The notes under the pieces were generated by a model. That model had not been told where the DNA came from. It ran no database searches and worked only from the letters and a program-made list of their open reading frames with translations. Positions 19,991 to 28,460 of a DNA stretch of 64,000 bases are shown piece after piece. Every line of letters begins with the position of its first letter. Position 1 is the first letter of the stretch. Origin of the DNA: Candidatus Tanganyikabacteria bacterium (GTDB lineage: Bacteria > Cyanobacteriota > Sericytochromatia > S15B-MN24 > VGJW01); NCBI GenBank assembly GCA_016867265.1, contig VGJW01000008.1:458-64457 (forward strand), read 5' to 3'. A program made the translations under genes and the position numbers.

Positions 19991-21381
19991 GGCAGACCGG
20001 CCTCGCGGCCCTTGCCCTGTGCATCCTCGCCGCGAGCCCGGCAGGTGCGACCCCGAGACCTGACGCAGACGCAGCAGAGGCGACGCGGCTGCTCGTCGAG
20101 CTGGTCCGCGTGGACACAAGCAACCCGCCAGGACGCGAGCGCGAGGCTGCCGAGCGGCTCGCCGGCTGGTGCCGGGCCGAGGGCTTCCGGACCGAGGTCA
20201 TCGAGACCGCCCCGGAGAGGGCGTGTGTCGTGGCCCGCCTGCCCGGGTCCGGTCGCAAGCCCCCGCTGATGCTGCTGAGCCATCTGGACGTGGTGCCTGC
20301 CGAAGCCTCGCAATGGCAGCACCCGCCCTTCGGGGGCGTCGTCCGGGACGGCCGGATCTGGGGGCGAGGCACCCTCGACATGAAGGGCCTGACGGTCATG
20401 GAATTTCTGGCGATGGCTCGGCTGAGCCGGGCCGGCAAGGTCCCCGATCGGGACCTGCTGCTCGTGGCCGTCGCGGATGAGGAGGCGGGGGGAACGTGGG
20501 GCATCAACCGCCTGCTCGAGCTCAGGCCCGAACTGCTGCAGGCCTCGGAGTGCCTGAATGAGGGAGGCTTCGGGCTTGTGGCACCCGACGGAAGCCCTGT
20601 CGTGGGCCTGTCCGTGGCCGAGCGGGGCACGTTCTGGGTACGGATCACGGCCCGTGGCAAGCCGGGCCACGGCTCGGTCGACCGTCCGGACAGCGCCACC
20701 CGCCGTCTGCTGCGCGCCCTCGACCGGCTCGAGCGCACCCCCCGGCCACTGGGCCTCATCCCCGAGGCCGACGCACTAGTCGGAGCCTTGGCGCCAACCC
20801 TGCCGTGGCCCGCGTCCTGGGTCCTGCAGATGTTGCGCTGGCCGGGCATGGCCGGCCTGCTGGGGCCGCTCGTCGTCGCGCGGCAACCCTCCCTGGCCGC
20901 CGCTCTGGGCCCCACCGTCAACCCGACCGTCCTCGAGGCCGGCACCAAGGTCAACGTCGTGCCGGGCGAGGCCAGTGCACTCGTCGACGTGCGCACGATG
21001 CCCGGACAGGCCAGTAGCGAGGCGCTCGCTTGGCTGAAGCACGCCCTTGGCGACGACGCGCTCGACATCCGCGTGCTTCAGGACCGGCCGGGCACGCGAA
21101 GCCAGGCTTCGGGCACGCTCTACGACGCGCTGACCGAAAGCGTCCGTACCCACGTCCCCGATGCCCGCGTCACGCCCATGCTGACGCCTGCGGGCACGAC
21201 GGACTCGGCCAGCCTCCGGCCCCGCGGCGTGGCCTGCATCGGTCTGATGCCCGTCATCGCGAGCCAGGCCCAACTCGAATCCATCCACGGGGATGACGAG
21301 TGGCTGGGCCTCGAGCAACTGGCGATCGGTACCCGCATCGTCGCCGACGCCGTGGCCCGGGCCAGCGGCCTTACGCCCTGA
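19987..21381 (+). CDS. Secreted M20/M25/M40 metallopeptidase
   Basis: SHLDVVP, GRGTLDMK, ADEEAGG, NEGG and IHGDDE motifs; signal peptide; GTGA overlap with the upstream gene. Confidence 0.9.
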   Translation: MRQTGLAALALCILAASPAGATPRPDADAAEATRLLVELVRVDTSNPPGREREAAERLAGWCRAEGFRTEVIETAPERACVVARLPGSGRKPPLMLLSHLDVVPAEASQWQHPPFGGVVRDGRIWGRGTLDMKGLTVMEFLAMARLSRAGKVPDRDLLLVAVADEEAGGTWGINRLLELRPELLQASECLNEGGFGLVAPDGSPVVGLSVAERGTFWVRITARGKPGHGSVDRPDSATRRLLRALDRLERTPRPLGLIPEADALVGALAPTLPWPASWVLQMLRWPGMAGLLGPLVVARQPSLAAALGPTVNPTVLEAGTKVNVVPGEASALVDVRTMPGQASSEALAWLKHALGDDALDIRVLQDRPGTRSQASGTLYDALTESVRTHVPDARVTPMLTPAGTTDSASLRPRGVACIGLMPVIASQAQLESIHGDDEWLGLEQLAIGTRIVADAVARASGLTP

Positions 21382-22417
21382 CGCCGGACGGACGGTCTGC
21401 CACCACAAGATACTCGTGGTTGCGCAGGCGCCCGACTTCGCCGACCTTGCGGCCCTTGGGATCGTGGATGCCGATGCGGGCCCCGATGTAGCGGACATGC
21501 TCGATGGTCCGCACGTGGACACGGGCCGTCCCGCCCCAGAGGCACCCCAGCATGCCCTCGAGGTCCGCTAGGCCCAGATAGCCCTCGTCGTTGAAAGAGA
21601 CCACCACGCGGTCGCGAGCCCGCAGCGCCCCCAGCACGGCCTCGAAGGCCTCGCGATGGCGGGGCCGCGAGTTGAAGGCGCTACGACGCTCGCGGGTGTC
21701 GACGCGCTTGCACGCAACGCCGTAGGCCTCGGGCGCATCGTCCCGCACCAGCGTCTCCCAGACGTGGTAGTAGGCGTGGTACGCGTGCTGGTTGTACGGC
21801 GGATCGAGGTAGGCCACGTCGACCTCGTGTGCAGCCGCCGCCTCGACGGCTTCGAGGCCCAGCGCCAGGCCCTTGCCAGCCGATGAGCGCGGGATCAGGT
21901 CGGGGATGCGAAGCACGAGATCCCCGAGCGCCCGGGGCGCCCAGTGCTTGAGGTACGCCATCTGCAAGCCGGTCGTCGAATCGACGCGGTCCGCAGCCTC
22001 CATCAGGGCCACCAGCAGGATGGCTTCGCGCTCGGGCATGAGGTCCAGCTTGCCGATGCGCGCCCGGATGGCGTCGATGCGTGCTCCGTTGCGCGGGTGA
22101 AAGAATCGGGCCCGCTCGCAGAAGGTCTCCGTGAAGTAACCGGACGTCCCGGCCACGCCATTGAGCTCGGCGATTAAGGCCGGCAGGTCGCCCATGTGGT
22201 CCGCGGCATCCGCCGCGACATAGCAGCGCGCCAGGACCTCGGCGTAGGCGTTGTGGTCGTTGGCGATGACCCGGTGCCCGAGGCGCTTCAGGGCGTGCCC
22301 CACGCGCGAGGTGCCCGAGAAGAGGTCCAACACCGTACATGGGGCGCCGCGGTCCCCGACGAGGGCGTCGAGGACCGCGGGCATCAGGGCGCGCTTGGAG
22401 CCCAGGTACTTGATCAC
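21371..22417 (-). CDS. DNA adenine methyltransferase (D12 class), apparently orphan
   Basis: MIKYLGSK, motif I LDLFSGTSRVG and motif IV YLDPPY. Confidence 0.88.
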   Translation of the reverse strand: MIKYLGSKRALMPAVLDALVGDRGAPCTVLDLFSGTSRVGHALKRLGHRVIANDHNAYAEVLARCYVAADAADHMGDLPALIAELNGVAGTSGYFTETFCERARFFHPRNGARIDAIRARIGKLDLMPEREAILLVALMEAADRVDSTTGLQMAYLKHWAPRALGDLVLRIPDLIPRSSAGKGLALGLEAVEAAAAHEVDVAYLDPPYNQHAYHAYYHVWETLVRDDAPEAYGVACKRVDTRERRSAFNSRPRHREAFEAVLGALRARDRVVVSFNDEGYLGLADLEGMLGCLWGGTARVHVRTIEHVRYIGARIGIHDPKGRKVGEVGRLRNHEYLVVADRPSGVRA

Positions 22418-24834
22418 GCGTTCGGCAACAGCTGGCGGATCTCTCCCAGCAGCGGCGCTGCCAGATGATCCCCCGCCAGATCCTTCTTCCCCGGCGTGAC
22501 CGTCGCCAGCGCGGCAACGTCCGGATTTGCGGATGCCGCCAGCACCTGGCGGACTAGGCCCTGCTGCAACCCGGCCGGCAACAATCGGGCGACCAGATCA
22601 TCGACCCGCCGACGCTCGAAACCAAGCACCAGGGCCAACGCCAGGACCAGCCTCACCAGGACCGGGTCCAGTCCCGCGGCCATCTGGTCCAGCAAGCCGG
22701 GTAGCGCCCGACGGAAGGCCGCCCGTACCTGTGCCTCGTCCTCGACCCATGGGGCGAGGGAGACGAGCACGGCCAAGGTCTGACGTCCCCCGGCCCACTG
22801 GCCGTCCGCCTCCTGATCCAGCAGCAGATCCCGCCAGACGCTGGTCGGGGCGCTGGGCCGGAGCGATCGCGACCGCAAGGAGAGCGCCCTAGGGGAGCCT
22901 TCCTCGCAATCCATCATGTCTGCCGTGTCGAACACGTCGCGGAGGAAGTTGCCGACGGGATTCCAAGACGCAATATTGCGAAGCCGGTCCATGATGCCCT
23001 CCGACGAGGGAACCATGTCATTCACGTCAAGCTCTGGCCCGCCCGCGGAGTACGTCGGCGGCAGGTCCGAAAAGTCCTCGTCCCATCCCGCGGGCGCGTG
23101 GAGCGGCACATCGACCGTGACCGGCCGTCCCTTGACCTTGCGGCCCTTGGCATCGACGGCGACCCAGCTCGTCAGCGGCGTCATGACCTGGTGGGTCACG
23201 GCGAACTCGGCCCAGCGGTCACGTTCCGCGGCGTCGGGATTCTGCCGCAGGGCGTCGAGGACCCGCTCGCGCGCCCACAGGCGCGTCAGGCCGGGACGCT
23301 CGTGGGCCGCCTCGTCTTCCATCACCAGCGGATAGGCCTTCTCGAGGGCACCGGCCACGCCACTGGCCTTCAGGTGGAGCGTGACGGGTCCCTTGCCCTT
23401 GAAGCGGGCGAGCACCTGGAAGGGCTGGCCGTCGATCAGCGGCGGCAGCACGGCCGGCAGTGTCTCGGCCAGCTTGGCCCCTTCCAGCGTATACGTGACC
23501 TCCTCGAGGCGCGGCGCCATGATGGCGGCGAATTGCGCGGCAACCTTGTCGTCGATGGCCTCGCCCGGCACGATGTCGACCGCATCGCCGGCCGTCGCGC
23601 GCGCCAGGCGCTGCAGCAGCCCCATCACGACATTCGCGCCGATCCCGAAGGCATGCAGGCGTGCCTTGGCTCCTTGGGCTCGCTTCTGGTCGACCAGCCC
23701 CGTCAACTGATCCTCGCCCCATACCTGAGCGTCCGTCAGCAGGACATGGACGGCATCGGGCGCCAGCCGATAGGCGGCCTCGAGCGCCCGCTGCATGTCC
23801 GTTCCGCCCCGGGCATCAAGTGTCGCGATCCAGCGGTCGGCGCGCTCAAGCGCCCCCTGGCCAAAGGTCTCGAGCTTCTTCGAGAAGGTCTCGAGCGCAT
23901 CGTCGAACGCCAGAATGCCAAAGCGATCCCCGGGCCTGAGCTGCCTCAGGCAGAGCCGCAAGGCGCGACGTGCCTCTTCCATCGACGCACCCCCCATGGA
24001 GCCCGAGCGATCGACCAGGAAGACCACCTCGAGGGGCCGCTCGGCCGCGCCAGGATCGAGGTTGGCCAATTCCGGCACCACGAAAAGCGACACCACGCCC
24101 TGTCCTGCAGTGCGCTCGGCATGCACCCACGCCATCACCGCCTCGTCCGGTGCACGCATATCGAGCACCAGGTCACGGTCGAGCGGCTCGCCCGGGCCGT
24201 CGAACCCGATCTTGACCGCGTCGCCATCACGCCGGATCAGCAAGTCGTGGCTGGGGCTGTCGACCTCGAGGCCTGCCGTCCACGGCAATTCGAGATCCAG
24301 CGTCAGGCGATAGGGTACGTCGCCCTCGTGCCGCAGTGCGGTTCGGCCCTCCACGCCGCCAGACGCTGCATACCGGGGGGCGACGACGGTCGGGATGCGC
24401 CAGCGCAAGCTGCCTTCACGCGGCTCGAGGGGCACCAGCAAGACCAGTTCGACACGGGTCGGGGCATCCGGGTCCAGGTTGCCGAGCAACAAGCTGAAGA
24501 CCTCGCCGCGGATCTCCTCGACGAGGGCCGCACGGCGGCCGTCCCGAACGGCCCGGCGGTAGGTCTCGGCCGCCTCCTCGCGGCGCTCGACCTTGCCGCG
24601 TGTCACCCGATCGCCCACGGTGAACGAAAAGTCCGTCACGACGGCTCCTGCCGGCAGCGGGAAGACATAGCGGGCCTCGAGCGCCACGCCATTCGGGGCA
24701 GGCGCAAAGTCCTGCACGAGGCGCATCTCGGCCCAGCGGCCGACGATCCTTCCCCCGAGACGCACGGCGGCCAGGGGTACCTGGACATCCCCGGCAAGGC
24801 GAAGCGGAGAATACACAAGCGGGGAGACAGCCAT
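22414..24834 (-). CDS. VIT + vWA domain protein
   Basis: LEARYVFPLP VIT domain; MIDAS DRSGSMGG, GGT, LTD; AAGGAGG RBS before 24834. Confidence 0.9.
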   Translation of the reverse strand: MAVSPLVYSPLRLAGDVQVPLAAVRLGGRIVGRWAEMRLVQDFAPAPNGVALEARYVFPLPAGAVVTDFSFTVGDRVTRGKVERREEAAETYRRAVRDGRRAALVEEIRGEVFSLLLGNLDPDAPTRVELVLLVPLEPREGSLRWRIPTVVAPRYAASGGVEGRTALRHEGDVPYRLTLDLELPWTAGLEVDSPSHDLLIRRDGDAVKIGFDGPGEPLDRDLVLDMRAPDEAVMAWVHAERTAGQGVVSLFVVPELANLDPGAAERPLEVVFLVDRSGSMGGASMEEARRALRLCLRQLRPGDRFGILAFDDALETFSKKLETFGQGALERADRWIATLDARGGTDMQRALEAAYRLAPDAVHVLLTDAQVWGEDQLTGLVDQKRAQGAKARLHAFGIGANVVMGLLQRLARATAGDAVDIVPGEAIDDKVAAQFAAIMAPRLEEVTYTLEGAKLAETLPAVLPPLIDGQPFQVLARFKGKGPVTLHLKASGVAGALEKAYPLVMEDEAAHERPGLTRLWARERVLDALRQNPDAAERDRWAEFAVTHQVMTPLTSWVAVDAKGRKVKGRPVTVDVPLHAPAGWDEDFSDLPPTYSAGGPELDVNDMVPSSEGIMDRLRNIASWNPVGNFLRDVFDTADMMDCEEGSPRALSLRSRSLRPSAPTSVWRDLLLDQEADGQWAGGRQTLAVLVSLAPWVEDEAQVRAAFRRALPGLLDQMAAGLDPVLVRLVLALALVLGFERRRVDDLVARLLPAGLQQGLVRQVLAASANPDVAALATVTPGKKDLAGDHLAAPLLGEIRQLLPNA

Positions 24835-24902
24835 CAGGGACCTCCTTGCGGAACGGAAAACTGGACAGGCGAGGACGGGTGCCGGGAACACGACGGCAGT
24901 CG

Positions 24903-25370
24903 TCACGGGGGGCCAAGGGCCTCCAACCGCGCCAACCACGCGGCGTGACGCACCTTGGCCTCGGCCGTGAGATGTAACTCGACGCCGGGAGCCAGGACCA
25001 CGCGCCACCAGGCCTCGCCTGCCGGCGTCGGCGGCGGGCAAGCCAGCCGCGCTTCTTCCGGTGCCTCGATGGGCCGCGGGTCCCCGTCGGGTTGCTGAAG
25101 GGTCACGCGCCCCGCCAAGACGTCCTCAAGCCATCGGGCATCGGCTTGCGCAAGGGCCCGTCCGATGGCATCGAGGGGCCAGAACTGGTCCTGAAGCCGC
25201 CGGATGGCCTGGAGCCTCAGCAGATGCTCCCGCCCATAGGCTGTCTCGGCCCCCCGGAAATCGGGGGCGTGCAAGAGACCCCGCTGGATGTAGTAGCGAA
25301 CCGTGCGGGGCGAGACACCGGCTGCATGGGCCAACCCGGCCAGCTTCAGGGTTCGGTCGGGGGCTGCCAT
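24903..25370 (-). CDS. MerR-family HTH regulator
   Basis: LAHAAGVSPRTVRYYIQRGLL HTH; C-terminal WWRVVLAPGVELH typical of VIT-associated MerR proteins. Confidence 0.88.
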   Translation of the reverse strand: MAAPDRTLKLAGLAHAAGVSPRTVRYYIQRGLLHAPDFRGAETAYGREHLLRLQAIRRLQDQFWPLDAIGRALAQADARWLEDVLAGRVTLQQPDGDPRPIEAPEEARLACPPPTPAGEAWWRVVLAPGVELHLTAEAKVRHAAWLARLEALGPP

Positions 25371-25376
25371 GCCCCC

Positions 25377-25415
25377 AACCTCTCACAAGACACAAACACT
25401 GTCAACTAGACAGTG
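25377..25415 (-). promoter_or_regulatory. Sigma70-type promoter with overlapping palindromic operator
   Basis: TTGACA-N17-GAGGTT-N6-ATG on the minus strand; inverted repeat CACTGTC-N5-GACAGTG (25397-25415) covers the -35. Confidence 0.55.
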
Positions 25416-25436
25416 ACAAACCGACACACCATCGTC

Positions 25437-26069
25437 TTACCAAGCGACAGCAACGCCTTGGCGAATCCATGCTCCCTCCGACAGCTCCTGCACCATGAAG
25501 CCCGCCAGATCCGACCGGTCGATCTGTGCCGAACCCGGAACCCCGACACCAGCCCGCACCTGCCAGCGCCCCCGGGGCTTGCCCGACACCAGGCCCGGCG
25601 GGCGCACCAAGGTCCAATCGATGTCCGCCTCGCGGACCAACGCTTCCATCCGGCGCATGTCCGCGAAGACGGGCTTGAGGAAGAGCGGTTCGATGATGGC
25701 GCGGAAAATCCACGGCAGCTGGTAGTCGGGCGAAGGATCGAGCCCGGCAGCCGTGACGGCGATCAGACGACGGACGCCATGGGTCGCCATGGCTGCCAGG
25801 ATGTGCCGCATGCCCTCCGAATAGACCAGACGGTCCCGCTCGCCTGACCGCATGCCCAGTGCGGACAGCACGGCGTCGCACCCCGCGACGGCCTCGGTTA
25901 CCGAGACGGCATCCAGTACATCCCCCCGGCGCTTCTCGAGACGCTCGTGCACCACGTCCAAGGCCTCGGGCCGGCGGCAGACCGCCACCACCTCCTGACC
26001 CCCCTCGAGCGCCAGGCGCACGGCATGGCGCCCTGTCGACCCCGTCGCCCCGAACACGCAGACCTTCAC
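25437..26069 (-). CDS. NAD(P)-binding oxidoreductase (biliverdin reductase B-like atypical SDR)
   Basis: VFGATGSTG, DWTLVRPPGL and IDRSDLA motifs; AGGAGG RBS. Confidence 0.88.
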   Translation of the reverse strand: MKVCVFGATGSTGRHAVRLALEGGQEVVAVCRRPEALDVVHERLEKRRGDVLDAVSVTEAVAGCDAVLSALGMRSGERDRLVYSEGMRHILAAMATHGVRRLIAVTAAGLDPSPDYQLPWIFRAIIEPLFLKPVFADMRRMEALVREADIDWTLVRPPGLVSGKPRGRWQVRAGVGVPGSAQIDRSDLAGFMVQELSEGAWIRQGVAVAW

Positions 26070-26134
26070 GAACCCACCTCCTCGCCCGGATCAGGCACAA
26101 TGAACCCTAGCACGACCCCGAAGGAGGGCAGACG

Positions 26135-26935
26135 ATGCCGCAGATGCACGAAGTAGACTTTGAAATCAAAGGCGAAACCGTCCACTACGTCGAAGTGGAA
26201 CTGGATCCGGGCGAGGCAGCTGTCTCCGAGGCAGGCGCCATGTTGTGGGCCGAGGATGGCATCGTCATGGAGACGCTCTTCGGGGATGGGTCGCAGAAGA
26301 GCGGCGGCTTCCTCGGTTCGCTGCTGGGCGCGGGCAAGCGCCTGCTGACGGGCGAGTCGCTGTTCGTCACCATCTTCCACAACCAGGGCACCGGCAAGCG
26401 CCGGGTCGCGTTCTCGGCCCACCAGCCGGGCGAGATCGTTCCCGTCTCGCTGGATACGGTCGGCGGCACGCTCATCGCGCAGAAGGAAGCCTTCCTCTGC
26501 GGGGCCAAGGGCGTCAGCATCGGCCTGCATCTGCAGCGCAAGCTGGGCGCGGGGTTCTTCGGCGGCGAGGGCTTCATCATGCAGAAGCTCGAAGGCGACG
26601 GCCTGGTGTTCCTGTCGGCCGGTGGCTCGCTCATCCAGCGGTCGCTGCGTGACGGCGAGCGTCTCCGCGTCGATACCGGATGCGTCGTGGCCTACGAGAC
26701 TTCGGTCGACTTCGACATCGAGCTGGTCCGGGGCCTGAAGTCGATGTTCTTCAGCGGCGAAGGCATGTTCCAGTCGACGTTGGTCGGTCCCGGCCGCATC
26801 TGGCTGCAGTCGATGCCGTTCTCACGGATGGCGAGCGCCGTCGTCTCGGCGGCGGGCATCCGTCCAGGAAGCAGCAGCAGCGGCGGTGGATCCGCCCTCG
26901 GGATGATTGGCGACATGCTCGGAGGTAACGAGTAA
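26135..26935 (+). CDS. TIGR00266/AIM24 family protein
   Basis: SEAGAM, KRLLTGESLF, GFFGGEGFIMQKL and GPGRIWLQSMP motifs. Confidence 0.9.
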   Translation: MPQMHEVDFEIKGETVHYVEVELDPGEAAVSEAGAMLWAEDGIVMETLFGDGSQKSGGFLGSLLGAGKRLLTGESLFVTIFHNQGTGKRRVAFSAHQPGEIVPVSLDTVGGTLIAQKEAFLCGAKGVSIGLHLQRKLGAGFFGGEGFIMQKLEGDGLVFLSAGGSLIQRSLRDGERLRVDTGCVVAYETSVDFDIELVRGLKSMFFSGEGMFQSTLVGPGRIWLQSMPFSRMASAVVSAAGIRPGSSSSGGGSALGMIGDMLGGNE

Positions 26936-28386
26936 TGCGGCGGACGAACCGGCAAGTATTCTCCATGCTGGCCTTCTCGGTCGGCATCGTCGGTCTCGCG
27001 ACCGAGGCCAACGCCCAGGTCAAGCGAAGCGGCGGACCAGCTTCGCTGAGCACCCCGGCGCCGCTCAAGCCTGCAGCAGCGCCCGTGAGCGCCGGCATGC
27101 CCGCCCAGGTCGCCGAGGCCAAGGGACACACGGGACTCTCCATCGACATCGGGATCGGCCTTGGCGGTGCCCACGGCCAAGCCGGCACGGCGACCGTGCG
27201 GACAAAGACCGCGGCCGAAATCGTCAACGACATCGATCCCTCGCCCAAGAACGCCAGCACGGTGACCTCGGACGTCACCAGCACGACGCTGGGTGGCGGG
27301 CTGGGTGCCAGCTACGGTCTCGGATTGCGCTGGCGCAGCGGCGAGGGCTGGGGAACCAGCCTGCGCATCGACGGGGGTGGGTTCTCCTCCGGTACATCCA
27401 CGACGGCGCTGGGCAGCCTGGGCCGGACAGACAAGGATGCGGTCGCCTCCGTGGCAACGGAAGGCACGAAGACCACCGCGAAGACTCTGGGCGATCGCCT
27501 GGATGTCTCATCCTTGCTGGCGGGCGTGCTTGGTGCATCGGTAGCCCTGACCTTCCCTGTCCCGCTTCCTGCCAACCAACAGCCCGCTGTCGGCCCCGCC
27601 CCGACGACGACAACGTTCACGGGGCTGGGCAACTTGGCGCAGGCAGGTGGTACCTTTGCGGTACGGGACGGGGCGGTCGACAATGCCGGCACCACCAGCA
27701 CCTTCAAGTCGACGGGCGGCATCGCCTACCGTCACGCGGCCTCGCTCCTGATCTACGACATGACGGCGGCCACGAGCATGGCCGTCATGCGTCGTCCTGA
27801 TGCCGAAATCAGCCTCGTGGGCGGCCTCACCGTGCCCGCGGCCGTGCGTTCGGCCTCGTTCGTGCAGCAGACGGTGGATGCCACCGGCAAGCCTGCCGAG
27901 CTTTCGGAGCTGGAGACCCTCACCACGACGGCGGACGGCGCGGCCAAGGGCTCGGTCCTCAACGGCTTGAACGCCACCAGCAACGTCACGGTGGACACCA
28001 CCGAGGTCATGTTCGGCCCCCTGCTGGGCGCCGAGGGACACGTGGCACTTGGGTCCGGTGCGACGATCTACGGCCAGGTCGGCTGGGCACCTGCTCTGGG
28101 TGGCCAGGGCAGCAGCCGGACCCGCAGCGTCGAATCCGGTGTGCGCCGGGTCGAGACCATCGCGGAAGACAAAAGCGCCACGACTACCGAGAACCAGATA
28201 GCCAACAGCGTGACCACGGAAACGGCCCGCGGCTTCCTGGGCCAGTCCGCCCAGGGCCTCGTCGGCCTGCAACTGCAGGTGCTGGGTCTCGACACGTTCG
28301 TCGAGACGGGCGCGCGCACCTACACGTTCGGCACGGGGCCCCAGACGGTCTGGCATGTCCGAGGCGGCGCCGGCCTGTCGTTCTGA
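26935..28386 (+). CDS. Secreted Thr-rich protein, probable outer-membrane beta-barrel
   Basis: Signal peptide (ANA-Q); amphipathic strands; C-terminal GAGLSF with terminal Phe. Confidence 0.6.
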   Translation: MRRTNRQVFSMLAFSVGIVGLATEANAQVKRSGGPASLSTPAPLKPAAAPVSAGMPAQVAEAKGHTGLSIDIGIGLGGAHGQAGTATVRTKTAAEIVNDIDPSPKNASTVTSDVTSTTLGGGLGASYGLGLRWRSGEGWGTSLRIDGGGFSSGTSTTALGSLGRTDKDAVASVATEGTKTTAKTLGDRLDVSSLLAGVLGASVALTFPVPLPANQQPAVGPAPTTTTFTGLGNLAQAGGTFAVRDGAVDNAGTTSTFKSTGGIAYRHAASLLIYDMTAATSMAVMRRPDAEISLVGGLTVPAAVRSASFVQQTVDATGKPAELSELETLTTTADGAAKGSVLNGLNATSNVTVDTTEVMFGPLLGAEGHVALGSGATIYGQVGWAPALGGQGSSRTRSVESGVRRVETIAEDKSATTTENQIANSVTTETARGFLGQSAQGLVGLQLQVLGLDTFVETGARTYTFGTGPQTVWHVRGGAGLSF

Positions 28387-28395
28387 CATGCGCAC

Positions 28396-28431
28396 ACCGG
28401 GGGTCGGATGCCGTGAGCATCGGCCCCCGGT
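28396..28431 (+). terminator. Strong intergenic hairpin
   Basis: ACCGGGGGTCGGATGC-CGTGA-GCATCGGCCCCCGGT. Confidence 0.5.
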
Positions 28432-28460
28432 CCTGCTTGGGGTAAGGTGAGGACATCACC

